Of a DNA stretch of 52,468 bases, positions 18,181 through 27,594 are shown in pieces. The notes below the pieces were generated by a model. The model searched no databases. It had not been told where the DNA came from and saw only the letters and a list, made by a program, of their open reading frames with translations. The stretch is taken from IMG/VR virus record IMGVR_UViG_3300005663_000006, positions 1-52,468 of that record, one strand, 5' to 3'. Numbering within the stretch: the first letter of the stretch is position 1; the number at the start of each line of letters is the position of its first letter. The stretch is from a virus. Lineage: Duplodnaviria > Caudoviricetes. The translations under genes and the position numbers were made by a program.

Positions 18181-19362
18181 ATGCCAATCACACGCATACC
18201 CCCGACGGGACAGAGAGAGATAGAGTTTGCCACTGGCAATCTGTTCAAGGGGTTAAACCTCGCGAGGCAGTTTCAAGCTCTTTCCCTACAAGAAGAGCAG
18301 GCGAAGGTGGAGGCGGTTCAACGTGAACTAGAGAATCGCATCCGACTAGCGCAGGAAAGTAGAGCGGCTACCACGTTTCAGGGGCAGGAAGCGGCGCTCA
18401 GTGAAATTGCCCGCAGAAGGGAACCCGCTCCGCCCGGACAACTCATCCCACCTTCGTTGGGGCCTCCAAGCACAGAATCGCTCCTGACCCTTCCTGAGCT
18501 TAGAGCTAAAGCTGGCATCGGGGCGAAGGTGCCCGCGAAAGAGGTCAAGAGACTAACGCCGATTCAGAAGATTGAGCAGGGCAGGTTGCTTTTGGACACG
18601 GAGGGGGGCAGGGGCGCGGGAGTTAGCCTTCTTAATCAGGGCCTAGCTGCCGCAGGTTCTACTTACAGAGTTCCTAAGAACTCACCCACGCAAGTGGTGA
18701 CGGGGATGGCTGACTTGATGATTGGCTACAACGCCGCAACTAAAGACATAGACTTCAACCTTCCAGCCAATGCCGCAAAGCTCGATACAATAGAAAGTGG
18801 ATTGTTGGAGAATCTTACGAAAAGTGAGGCATTCCAGCGGGCCACCCCAGACAATAAGACAAAAATGGCTAACGCGGCGGGCAAGTTTTTTGAAGCAAAG
18901 CGAAAGATGCGGCAGAAAAGTCGAACCGTGCGGGAAACGATACTAGACAAGGTAACGAGGGGAATACCATTAACAACGTCAGAACAAAAGGTTTACGACG
19001 AAGCCATCAAAAGAAAAGACCCCCTAACTCCAGAGGAAGTCGGAGAAAGGACGGAGGCAAGAACCCTAGCGAGGCTCAAGTCTTACAGGCAAGAAAGACA
19101 AAAGGCGATTGCGACCAACAACCTTGACGACCTGAGGTCTCTCATAACCGATGCTGAAGAAAAGTTGTTGGGTCGGGCAGACCCAGAGGAAGTAGAGAGG
19201 CTTATGTGGGGAACGCTTGAAGCGCACTATCGCACAAAGAGAAAGCCGAAAATATCTCCCGATGAGTTTGAGAAGCGAGGGGAAGAGCTAGAAACTAATT
19301 ATGGCTATAACGAAGAGACAATTGTTCGCTTGCTCAGACTTCAGTTCAAGGTAACACAATAA
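18181..19362 (+). CDS. Internal virion/ejection protein (putative)
   Basis: Helical, charged 393-aa protein between pilot and large ejection gene. Confidence 0.55.
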   Translation: MPITRIPPTGQREIEFATGNLFKGLNLARQFQALSLQEEQAKVEAVQRELENRIRLAQESRAATTFQGQEAALSEIARRREPAPPGQLIPPSLGPPSTESLLTLPELRAKAGIGAKVPAKEVKRLTPIQKIEQGRLLLDTEGGRGAGVSLLNQGLAAAGSTYRVPKNSPTQVVTGMADLMIGYNAATKDIDFNLPANAAKLDTIESGLLENLTKSEAFQRATPDNKTKMANAAGKFFEAKRKMRQKSRTVRETILDKVTRGIPLTTSEQKVYDEAIKRKDPLTPEEVGERTEARTLARLKSYRQERQKAIATNNLDDLRSLITDAEEKLLGRADPEEVERLMWGTLEAHYRTKRKPKISPDEFEKRGEELETNYGYNEETIVRLLRLQFKVTQ

Positions 19363-19376
19363 CGGGGCAATGGTTA

Positions 19377-22300
19377 ATGCCGACCAATAACAAATACTTA
19401 GACATCTATAACAAGATGGAAGCGGCGGAGAACCCCGAAACCGCTCCTTTCTCCAAAACATTTAACGAGCCTGACATCACGTTGTATATAACGCCAGCGG
19501 GCGTACTTGCCCAGCCCCCCGAAAGAGACGAACCCGTTGTTGGAACAGGAGAAACCCCCGGTGGAGGACTTGCACAGCGGACAACAAGTTTTATGGATAT
19601 TTACAATAAGCAGGAAGGCCGGGAGGTAAATGAGAAGGAATTTCAGACGGGCCTCGAACCCATCGCCATCCCTCGATTGGAGGATGTTTCCGAAGCAGGG
19701 CTCCCCGAAGAACTTGCATTGGGCGACCCGAGACAGATGGAAGTTGCGTTGCGTCCGTTTGTTGTGCCGGGGGCCATAGTCAGGGGTGCGGCGAAGGAAG
19801 TATTTGAAACAGAGAATTTAGACGAAGGAGCCTTGGGGATTCTTGAGAACATATTAGATGCCGCCCAGGAATCGGGGGCCAATGCACTCTTGAGAGGGCA
19901 GGGGGTAACGGGTGAGGATTTATTGAAGGCGCGGGGCTACAAAGAGCCTGGGTTTGTCAAAAGTTTTGGCGTTGACCTGATAACTGACCCCCTTATATGG
20001 GGGTTGTATAAGCATCTTTTGGCTCCTTCCACATGGAAGGCAATATCTGTGGCTCTACCAGCTCTTGCAAGGAGGATTACGGGGAAGATAGCGATACCTG
20101 CCCAGAGGGAATGGAAGAGGCTTCTTAGGGTTGCTCGGGGCGAATCAAAGTTAGGGGCACAAAGGGCAAGCGAAATTGGCAAGGAATTGGTGGCATCAAA
20201 GGAGCTTGTAGAGGCTATCAGTCAGCGCGCAGGGAAGCCCATAGGACCAGCCGCCATCGAAGAACGATTGGGCCAACTAAAGCGTGGGGGCCTCACGACC
20301 ATCGAAGAGTTTGACAACATCATAAATCCTATAAACGCTGAATATGATGCCACTTGGAAGGTGGGGCAGGAGCTAGACATCTTTCCGCAAGATACGTTTA
20401 TTAAGGCGCTATCCCGAAAGGAAATCAATCAATTAGTTCTAAGGAGGCGTTCGCTTGAGAATGAAATAGAAAGGCTGTCTGGCGGAAGGATTAACCGCAG
20501 GCTGGACAGGTTGAAGGGCGCTGGAAAGCGTGTAGAGGACTATGTAGAAATAACGGCCGAGAACTGGGAATTATATCGGGACGAACTGGATGCGATGGAT
20601 CTCCTTGTGGACGACAAGCCCCTGCCACAGTTGATAAATCAAGGCTTCAGAGTACTGAAGAGTGAGGGAGTGGGGGTTCCGGCTCTTCAGGGGGAAATCG
20701 CCAAGACTGCGAGGGCCGCCAGGAAGTTCCCAGGCAGGGCAAAGCAAATAGGGAAAATCGTAGAGAAGATAGATGACATAGAGTTTCGCATACAAACGGC
20801 CTATCGTCTTGGTGGCACGGCTCACATGAGGCGAATGTATCTTGTGAACGAGCTTGCCAGGGAGCCATCGGGCTATCCATTTAAGCGAATGAGGATGAAC
20901 CTCAGCGGAACAAAGCGGCGGCTTGACCTTCCCCCCGAGTGGCGTAAGGCCCACGGTGAAATCACAAAGCCCGCCTTCCCGGTTGCGCGGGCGATGGCCG
21001 AGATGAAACACGACATTGCCTACGCCAAGATGTTTAAGACCATTCTAAATAATCCTGAGTGGGCAGACGATGTGGCCAGGGTAGGCTTCAAGCAATTGCC
21101 CAAGAGGGATAATTTGGGGGTTCTTAATGGGAAATATGTCCACCCGGAGATATTTAATGAGCTAGAATTTATGACAAGGCAGAGGGGTAACTGGTCGAAG
21201 CTCATGGGTGAGATAACTGCCACTTGGAAGTTCTTCAAGGTTATTGCCAATCCCCCGACCCACTTCAGGAACATAATGTCCAATAGTATATTGGCAGACC
21301 TTGGTGGGTTGCCTCTTAGAACCCAACCGAAATACTTGACAAAAGCACTCAATGAGTTTAGAAACGAAGGCAAGCATTTCCAGGCCATGATGAACGATGG
21401 TGCGCTTCAGACGACCTTCGCCGACATAGAGGTGCAGGCTTTCGTAGATGGGTGGGCTACGGTGAAAGAGCAAGATGCGCTCACCAAGTTCATCAAGGTA
21501 AAGAGGAATATCGGAAACAAGCTAGGGGCGGAACATGCAAGAAAGATTTACGCCGCTGAGGAGAACATCTTCAAGCTGGCAAAATATATCCACAACAGGG
21601 AAGCGCGAGGGATGAGTCATATTGACGCAGTTGACGATGCCCTTAAGTGGCTTTTCGATTACAGCGATGTGCCTCGCATTGTCCACATACTCAGAAGCTC
21701 ACCCTTGGGCGCACCCTTCGTCACTTTTGTTTACAAGGCCCTACCAAGGGTAGCAGAGGCAGCGGTCAATAACCCCGTCCGTTTCTGGAAATACCCCCTT
21801 GCGTTTATGGGGATGGAAGAATTCGCACGACTAAAGAAAGGCGAATCGGTTGAGGAGATGAAGGCACGAAAAGAGGATATGCCCGATTACATGAAGGTTG
21901 GGTATTATCTGTCTCTACCCTTCAAGGACAAGAACGACAGGACGCTGTATCTCGACCTAACATATATTCTTCCTTGGGGCGACATAGCGGAGCAGGGAGA
22001 CATCAGCTTTCTTAAAGGCATTGTGCCGAGGGGCGTACAGCCCCTCCAACATCCTGTATCCAAGGGAGCCATCGAGATACTCACGAATAAAAATATGTTT
22101 CTCTCTGGGGGCGGTAGGGATGTTCAAATCTGGAATCCTACAACGGACGGCCCTGCGGAAATAGCAGAGAAGGTCGGCTCTTACTTCTGGAAGCAGTGGC
22201 TCCCGGCTTGGGCGGGCATCCCTGGAACCGAACTCAAGGGCTATTCGTGGCAGAGGGTACAGAAGGCAATAGAGGGCGAGTTCGGCCTTGGCACGGGAGG

Positions 22301-22610
22301 CGTTAATTTCTACGGTCAGCCCCCCGATAGTCTCAAGCAAGCCATTGCTAACGCTGTATTCGGCCTCAAGACTAAATCAGTTGACGAACCCCTTGAAAGA
22401 CGAAAGAGAATTCGCGGAACCAAGATGGACATAAGAAAAATCAGGGCGAGGATTAGGTCAACGCAAAGGGATAGAAGGCTGACGCCTGAACAAAAAAGGA
22501 CGGAAACTAGAAGGCTGAGGCGGTTGCTTGAGAGTGCGGTGCCATCCCCGCAAAGCAGGGTTCCGACTCAACCAACCACCCCCACCGCTGTTTTCGAGAC
22601 TAGAGGCTAA
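19377..22610 (+). CDS. Large internal virion / DNA-transfer protein (LPD38-like C-terminal region)
   Basis: 1077 aa; NPPTHFRNIMSN, WLFDYSDVP, APFVTFVYKALP, YLDLTYILPWGD motifs. Confidence 0.7.
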   Translation: MPTNNKYLDIYNKMEAAENPETAPFSKTFNEPDITLYITPAGVLAQPPERDEPVVGTGETPGGGLAQRTTSFMDIYNKQEGREVNEKEFQTGLEPIAIPRLEDVSEAGLPEELALGDPRQMEVALRPFVVPGAIVRGAAKEVFETENLDEGALGILENILDAAQESGANALLRGQGVTGEDLLKARGYKEPGFVKSFGVDLITDPLIWGLYKHLLAPSTWKAISVALPALARRITGKIAIPAQREWKRLLRVARGESKLGAQRASEIGKELVASKELVEAISQRAGKPIGPAAIEERLGQLKRGGLTTIEEFDNIINPINAEYDATWKVGQELDIFPQDTFIKALSRKEINQLVLRRRSLENEIERLSGGRINRRLDRLKGAGKRVEDYVEITAENWELYRDELDAMDLLVDDKPLPQLINQGFRVLKSEGVGVPALQGEIAKTARAARKFPGRAKQIGKIVEKIDDIEFRIQTAYRLGGTAHMRRMYLVNELAREPSGYPFKRMRMNLSGTKRRLDLPPEWRKAHGEITKPAFPVARAMAEMKHDIAYAKMFKTILNNPEWADDVARVGFKQLPKRDNLGVLNGKYVHPEIFNELEFMTRQRGNWSKLMGEITATWKFFKVIANPPTHFRNIMSNSILADLGGLPLRTQPKYLTKALNEFRNEGKHFQAMMNDGALQTTFADIEVQAFVDGWATVKEQDALTKFIKVKRNIGNKLGAEHARKIYAAEENIFKLAKYIHNREARGMSHIDAVDDALKWLFDYSDVPRIVHILRSSPLGAPFVTFVYKALPRVAEAAVNNPVRFWKYPLAFMGMEEFARLKKGESVEEMKARKEDMPDYMKVGYYLSLPFKDKNDRTLYLDLTYILPWGDIAEQGDISFLKGIVPRGVQPLQHPVSKGAIEILTNKNMFLSGGGRDVQIWNPTTDGPAEIAEKVGSYFWKQWLPAWAGIPGTELKGYSWQRVQKAIEGEFGLGTGGVNFYGQPPDSLKQAIANAVFGLKTKSVDEPLERRKRIRGTKMDIRKIRARIRSTQRDRRLTPEQKRTETRRLRRLLESAVPSPQSRVPTQPTTPTAVFETRG

Positions 22611-22900
22611 TGGACGACCTCAGAGACACAATCATCCAGACCGCCGAGCGGGTGGAACATATACAGGCAGACATGACGGAGGTGAAAGAGTCATTCAAAA
22701 TCATTGGTGCCAAGGTCGTAAAGCAAGAAGTGGTCTCTGGCAATCTAGTGAAGCGCCAAGACAAGCATCAAGAATTACTTGAGGGGCATAGCGATGCTTT
22801 GAGTTCTATGAAATGGGTGCCGATAACCCTACGGATGGTCGTCGGTTCGATAGTTGGAATGGCGCTTTGGATAGTAAGGCAGGCATTGACGGGGGAATGA
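22610..22900 (+). CDS. Coiled-coil + C-terminal TM protein (holin/XhlA-like)
   Basis: Single C-terminal hydrophobic helix at the start of the lysis region. Confidence 0.5.
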   Translation: MDDLRDTIIQTAERVEHIQADMTEVKESFKIIGAKVVKQEVVSGNLVKRQDKHQELLEGHSDALSSMKWVPITLRMVVGSIVGMALWIVRQALTGE

Positions 22901-22904
22901 TGAA

Positions 22905-23201
22905 ATGAGCAACACTAGAAAAGAAGTTGAGAAATTGCTCAAGCGAGAATTCATAGTAATAGAGGGTTCCGGCAATGGGGTTGAACCTAAAGATTTTAGA
23001 TTCGGAGCATTGAAAGATGTAAGGGAGTTAATAGACGATTTGGTTGAAAACCAATCCGAAATTGAAACCCTTATTTCATTTCACATGGATACCCGTGGAT
23101 ATACCCAATATCGCATAGCTGGCAGATACACCTATGTTCATGTTTTGGGTGCGTTGGAGATAATTAAAACCAAGGTTTTGAGAGAAATGCACGGAGGTTA
23201 A
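22905..23201 (+). CDS. Hypothetical protein
   Basis: 98-aa AT-rich ORF. Confidence 0.55.
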   Translation: MSNTRKEVEKLLKREFIVIEGSGNGVEPKDFRFGALKDVRELIDDLVENQSEIETLISFHMDTRGYTQYRIAGRYTYVHVLGALEIIKTKVLREMHGG

Positions 23202-23204
23202 AGA

Positions 23205-23510
23205 ATGACTTTTATAGAATTTTGCGTAGCGTGCTTGCAGTTACAAGTAGCTTGCGGGGGAAGGGTGACCTCTTGGGGCCGCTCATCTTTCGGTAACGAT
23301 GAGATTGGGGGCGTCTTGACCAGCTACCACACCCTGATGATGGGTGTTGACTGGACCTGGAGCAAGGCAGAGCTATTGGCGACCACTGTTTCAGACAAAC
23401 ATGGAACCACTTTGAATGGCCGCCAGCGCATGGAGATTATGGCCCCGAGGCTAGGGCTGAAGGTCATTGATGAAGGCGACCACTTGCACATTCAACCCAA
23501 GAGACTATGA
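23205..23510 (+). CDS. Endolysin, peptidase M15 (Zn DD-peptidase) family
   Basis: TSWGRS..N..IGG...SYH....GVD and HLHIQ zinc-binding motifs. Confidence 0.75.
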   Translation: MTFIEFCVACLQLQVACGGRVTSWGRSSFGNDEIGGVLTSYHTLMMGVDWTWSKAELLATTVSDKHGTTLNGRQRMEIMAPRLGLKVIDEGDHLHIQPKRL

Positions 23511-23737
23511 ACGAAGTAAAGACCTTCAAGGTAACTGCACGCTGCGAGAAGTGTGACAACGTACAAGACCTCCTAGTGGGGGCTGATGATGAGTTTGATG
23601 CCATCAAGCTAACCACTAGAGCAATATGTCGCATTTGCGGCCCCCCCTTGTGGGAGGTTAGAAATATTGAAGAGATGGAAGGGCAAGACTGTTTTACGCC
23701 CAAACTACCAGAGGACAATGGATACCTTTGGAACTAG
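23507..23737 (+). CDS. Zinc-ribbon hypothetical protein
   Basis: CEKC...CRIC. Confidence 0.55.
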   Translation: MNEVKTFKVTARCEKCDNVQDLLVGADDEFDAIKLTTRAICRICGPPLWEVRNIEEMEGQDCFTPKLPEDNGYLWN

Positions 23738-23749
23738 GAGGAAGGACGG

Positions 23750-23992
23750 ATGTTTAAGATTTTAGGATTCTTAAATGGTGCGCGGGGCATGATTCAAGGC
23801 AAAAAAACCTACATCGTTGCGACGATGGCGGTCTTGGCCGTTGTCAACCAGGTGCTTGGTTTGGGGCTTGAATATAGCGCGGGCAATCTCGGCCTCATCG
23901 CTTTCGGCAAGCAGGCTTGGCAACTCTGGTTGGGCCTTGGCTTTATGACGGGTGCGGCCAAGATAAACAGGCTTGCCAATGGGAACAGCTAA
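23750..23992 (+). CDS. Holin (putative)
   Basis: GKKTYIVA motif plus two hydrophobic helices; near the endolysin. Confidence 0.65.
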   Translation: MFKILGFLNGARGMIQGKKTYIVATMAVLAVVNQVLGLGLEYSAGNLGLIAFGKQAWQLWLGLGFMTGAAKINRLANGNS

Positions 23993-24085
23993 GAGAGTAT
24001 TTCTTTGGTTTGTCGCGTACAACGCTAGCCGATTCATAGTGATGTTTATAGCTATGTACGGATACCACTAGAGAGGAGGTGATAA

Positions 24086-24259
24086 ATGATGAAGAGGCTA
24101 TTAGGAGTTTTGTTCCTGAGTCTATTTGTGGTTGGGTGTGCGGGAGATGTGACGGGCATCCCTTGGAAGGTATGGAAGGACGCCAACATCCCCTGTGAGG
24201 GCGGAGAGGAGTACGACTATCGCGGCTCGACTTGCCCGGCTCCAGATTTAGACGAGTAA
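24086..24259 (+). CDS. 57-aa lipoprotein, o-spanin-like (not in ORF track)
   Basis: GAGGAGG RBS; MMKRLLGVLFLSLFVVGC lipobox; P/C-containing mature part. Confidence 0.65.
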   Translation: MMKRLLGVLFLSLFVVGCAGDVTGIPWKVWKDANIPCEGGEEYDYRGSTCPAPDLDE

Positions 24260-24393
24260 TGAGAAACGCCACGCCAGACAGAGCCATTGATTTCCGAAAG
24301 AGCAAAAGGGCTAGGGATTATGAAGCCCATAGGGAATGGTTTGAGCGGAAGCATCCTTATGGGCTAAAGCGGAAACCTTATGATGGAAGGTAG

Positions 24394-24819
24394 TTGATGA
24401 CGAGACAATTTATATTGTCCATTCTAATGTCTCTGCTCCTTGTCGGATGCGCGGGGACTTTGCCGAGATACAGCGGCCCTTTTGCCGTCCGCACTCCCGC
24501 TAACAAACCCCTCGTTATGGGCCAAGTCAAACTCACCACTGAGGTAGAGCCGAGGACTACGGTATTGGACGCCCTGGTTGAAGCGGGCGGACTTACTCAA
24601 GCCGCAGCCGAGGAGAGCGCAATCCTATATTGCCCCGGTGAGAAGCTGAAGCGTCTGGACCTGAAAGCATTGGTTAGGGGCGACATGACGCAGAACGCAA
24701 TCTTGAATCCGGGGTGCCATATCTGGGTGCCTAAGACCATTAGGGCAGAGGTGGGGACATGGTTCGGTGCCCTGCGTGGCTCAGGAGATGCGATATATCT
24801 CTTGCGTGGTGGCGACTAA
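24394..24819 (+). CDS. Lipoprotein with SLBB domain resembling the C-terminal part of Wza/polysaccharide export proteins
   Basis: LLVGC lipobox; VMGQV, TVLDALVEAGGLT, LDLKALVRGDMTQNAILNPGCHIWVPK. Confidence 0.8.
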   Translation: MMTRQFILSILMSLLLVGCAGTLPRYSGPFAVRTPANKPLVMGQVKLTTEVEPRTTVLDALVEAGGLTQAAAEESAILYCPGEKLKRLDLKALVRGDMTQNAILNPGCHIWVPKTIRAEVGTWFGALRGSGDAIYLLRGGD

Positions 24820-24998
24820 TGGGTGTCTGGGAGTTCGCTATCTGGGTCGCGCTGTGGGCGGCTATCCTTGCCAAGCCCGGAAGCATAGACCCCATAATGC
24901 CTGTTGTTCTCGGCCCGTTTGAGTTTTTTATCATATGGGTTGGGCTTGGGGTATGGGCGTTACTTATGTTCCTCTACCGCAATCCCAAGAAGCCCTAG
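24819..24998 (+). CDS. Small two-TM membrane protein
   Basis: MGVWEFAIWVALWAAILA...FFIIWVGLGVWALLMFLY. Confidence 0.5.
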   Translation: MGVWEFAIWVALWAAILAKPGSIDPIMPVVLGPFEFFIIWVGLGVWALLMFLYRNPKKP

Positions 24999-25005
24999 CC
25001 CCTAT

Positions 25006-25263
25006 ATGCTAACCAAGCAACAAAGATACCGCATCCGGCATAAATGGCAGGGGCTCTGTATGTTATGCCCCAAGCCATCCGAGTCGGGCAAGGTTGTTTG
25101 CGCCCATCATTTAGAAGAAGCGCGGGTCTCCTCGAAAAAACGGAGAGAGATAAACGCGGCGAGTGGTCGGTGTGTCAGATGCACCCACCCAATGCACTCG
25201 CAGATGGATAGGGGCTATGCGACCTGTCTTAAATGCCGGGAAAGGAGAACATGGAGCTTATAA
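25006..25263 (+). CDS. Cys-rich zinc-finger protein
   Basis: CMLC, CAHH, CVRC, CLKC. Confidence 0.55.
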   Translation: MLTKQQRYRIRHKWQGLCMLCPKPSESGKVVCAHHLEEARVSSKKRREINAASGRCVRCTHPMHSQMDRGYATCLKCRERRTWSL

Positions 25264-26111
25264 CGAAAGAATTGCCACCCTCGCACAAGCTCTTCCTTGT
25301 AGGGGATTTTCATGAGGGGGCGGTGGCGCAACACTCAGACGCTATCGACCAAACGATAGGAGCGGTTCTGGCCGAAAAAGACAATTACGTTGCGATAATG
25401 GGAGACCTTTGTGAAGCCATACTTGTCGCAGACCGTCGGTATTCGCCCGAGAACATTGACCCTGGCTCCCCCAGCATCATCCTTCAATATCAGAATATCA
25501 CCGAAAAGCTCCGGCCAATCAAAGACCGCATCCTTTATATACACACCGGAAACCACGACATCCTCTTGGCAAACAAGGGCGTGGGGGACATGGTTCGTGA
25601 CTATACTTGCCGAGAGCTTGGGGTTCCGTATGGAACATACGCCGCCGCCCTTACCGTCCAGAACAAGGGCAAGAAATCTAGCGGGGTTCAGTATAGAGCC
25701 TTCACCGCGCACGGCTGGGGAACGCTTAGAAGCGCCGCCGACGACCCAGTTAGGCAAGAAAGCAACATGAAGTTGTCCCTGAAAAGAAAGCTGAAGAATA
25801 AGTTTGGTTCCGCATCCCTGATGGCGATGGGGCACTCACATCGTCTCCTTGTTAGCGAACCTACCACCAATCTATATCTGGTTGACGAGGGAGGCGCACT
25901 AAAACAGAGATACACCATTGACCGCCATGAGGGCCTATACGTTCACCCAGACCATAGATGGTACTGTGCCACGGGCTCGTTTCTCAAAACCTTCGTAAAA
26001 TCGGCGGTGACATATAGCGAGAGGGCGGGCTTCGACCCAACGGAAATCGGCTATGTCGTGGCACGCATCGAGGACACTAAAATTATCAACGTAGAGAAGG
26101 TGGTGTTATGA
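25251..26111 (+). CDS. Calcineurin-like metallophosphoesterase
   Basis: GDFH, MGD, GNHD, AHG, GHSH motifs. Confidence 0.85.
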   Translation: MELITKELPPSHKLFLVGDFHEGAVAQHSDAIDQTIGAVLAEKDNYVAIMGDLCEAILVADRRYSPENIDPGSPSIILQYQNITEKLRPIKDRILYIHTGNHDILLANKGVGDMVRDYTCRELGVPYGTYAAALTVQNKGKKSSGVQYRAFTAHGWGTLRSAADDPVRQESNMKLSLKRKLKNKFGSASLMAMGHSHRLLVSEPTTNLYLVDEGGALKQRYTIDRHEGLYVHPDHRWYCATGSFLKTFVKSAVTYSERAGFDPTEIGYVVARIEDTKIINVEKVVL

Positions 26112-26431
26112 ATTGGGCAGAGATAGCAAAGACGTTAAAGCCCGGAGAGCATGTCATGGTAGCGTGGAGTGATGCATCCTCCACGGAAGAATGGCACTAT
26201 ACAAAGGATGATGATTTCTGCTTCGCCCAAAATCTTTGTGAGACAAATGGTTTCATATTAAAGGCAGATGAAAAGTATATCGTTATTCACTCTACTCGCT
26301 CATTTGCTCACGCCCAGGACAAAAATGAGGACAAAGCTGATGGGTTTATGTTAACCCTCAACATCCCAAGCGGATGTATCACAAAGATTCACCGCAACCC
26401 CAAGTGGGGCGAGACGATTGAACTATCTTGA
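26108..26431 (+). CDS. Conserved phage hypothetical protein (paralogue of 49578-49829)
   Basis: VAWSDA...CETNGFILK...IPSGCITKI. Confidence 0.65.
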   Translation: MNWAEIAKTLKPGEHVMVAWSDASSTEEWHYTKDDDFCFAQNLCETNGFILKADEKYIVIHSTRSFAHAQDKNEDKADGFMLTLNIPSGCITKIHRNPKWGETIELS

Positions 26432-26747
26432 AATATTCTATGCGATAATTGCCGCCTTTGGCGCGGTGGCGAATGAAACCATCTACCGTGCTTACAAGGG
26501 GAACATCGTTTCTATGCTCTGGGCAATAATCCCCTTGCAAGCTATGATTGCTTTCGGGATATATGGATTACTAAAGCACTCATCGGCTCTCATCGGGGGA
26601 GTGATTGTCTTTAGTTTTTTCGTCTGGACGTTGAGGGTTATAACCAGCATGGTTGTTTTGGGCGAGCCCGTTACGTTGGGGAAATTTGTAAGCATTGGAC
26701 TTGTATTTGCCGCCATCTTGGTTGATAAGCTCGGTCTATTCGGATGA
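26418..26747 (+). CDS. Four-TM small membrane protein (SMR/EamA-like)
   Basis: 109 aa, four hydrophobic helices, LGEPVTLGKFVSIGLV. Confidence 0.6.
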   Translation: MNYLEIFYAIIAAFGAVANETIYRAYKGNIVSMLWAIIPLQAMIAFGIYGLLKHSSALIGGVIVFSFFVWTLRVITSMVVLGEPVTLGKFVSIGLVFAAILVDKLGLFG

Positions 26748-26995
26748 AAGTTGAGTGCCCGGTTTGGCAGCGAACCATAAACAAAATGGTTAAACGAGCC
26801 AACATGATGATGGAGAGGTTCGGCACCACGCTAGAGGAAAGTAAGGATTCTACCCCCATCAAGTTGCTTAGGGAGGCCCAAGAGGAAGCCCTAGACATCG
26901 CCGTGTACCTAGAGGCCCTCATAGACAAGCTGGAGCTATCCGAGAAATATCAGGAGTGGAAAGACAGGAATAATGATGCCCCGCCCCAACCCTAA
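26744..26995 (+). CDS. MazG-like / nucleotide pyrophosphohydrolase-like small protein
   Basis: RFGTTLE...LREAQEEALDIAVYLE. Confidence 0.55.
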   Translation: MKVECPVWQRTINKMVKRANMMMERFGTTLEESKDSTPIKLLREAQEEALDIAVYLEALIDKLELSEKYQEWKDRNNDAPPQP

Positions 26996-27035
26996 ATAGA
27001 CCACATCCCAATCTGAATTTTTTCTGAAAAAAGAG

Positions 27036-27064
27036 TTGACAACTTCGTGCCCGTGGTGTATCTT
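27036..27064 (+). promoter_or_regulatory. Sigma70-type promoter
   Basis: TTGACA-17 bp-TATCTT with upstream A/T tract. Confidence 0.7.
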
Positions 27065-27071
27065 GTCTCGT

Positions 27072-27233
27072 ATGAACACTAAAACGAGAGAGCTAAGAAT
27101 TAGGAAGGTGCCCGTCGAGGTACACAAACTGATTAAGCTAGAAGCTGTGCGAGAGGGCATCTCGTTCAACGACAGGGTTAATCAAATCCTACAAAAACAT
27201 TGTGGCGAAGCAGCGAGGTTTTCATATCCATGA
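27072..27233 (+). CDS. Arc/ribbon-helix-helix DNA-binding protein
   Basis: ELRIRKVPVEVHKLIKLEAVREGISFNDRVNQIL. Confidence 0.75.
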   Translation: MNTKTRELRIRKVPVEVHKLIKLEAVREGISFNDRVNQILQKHCGEAARFSYP

Positions 27234-27321
27234 TAGCGGCTCGGTCTCCTGCCAAAATCCCTCCCTCTGGTGTGGTGCATTGTATCTATCAGGGCCGGGC
27301 CGCTTCCTTTAGGGTGACGCC

Positions 27322-27594
27322 ATGACCATCACGCTGAAAGACATCGAGCGGGCGGAGCAAATTCTTGAGGCACATCGCTCTGGAGACATGGAATCATTAT
27401 CTGCCAATGATATACAGTTTGTTAGGCAACTCATGCTTCCCGCCATGCTCAAGCTGGTGCGGGAGATGTATTCGGTCATTAAAGAAGTGGCGTGGCACAA
27501 GAATCTTGCCCTCGACCATGCTAAGGATTGCAAATGTTGTGGTTGCGTAGCCCGCCGTCTCGTGAAGCGGATGGAGGGAGAACCTACCCCATGA
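27322..27594 (+). CDS. Hypothetical protein
   Basis: 90-aa ORF with HAKDCKCCGC. Confidence 0.55.
   Translation: MTITLKDIERAEQILEAHRSGDMESLSANDIQFVRQLMLPAMLKLVREMYSVIKEVAWHKNLALDHAKDCKCCGCVARRLVKRMEGEPTP

Noticed and set aside
266-22340. Numerous minus-strand and alternative-frame ORFs overlapping structural genes
   Set aside because: They are shadow ORFs of long plus-strand genes with no RBS or recognisable motifs
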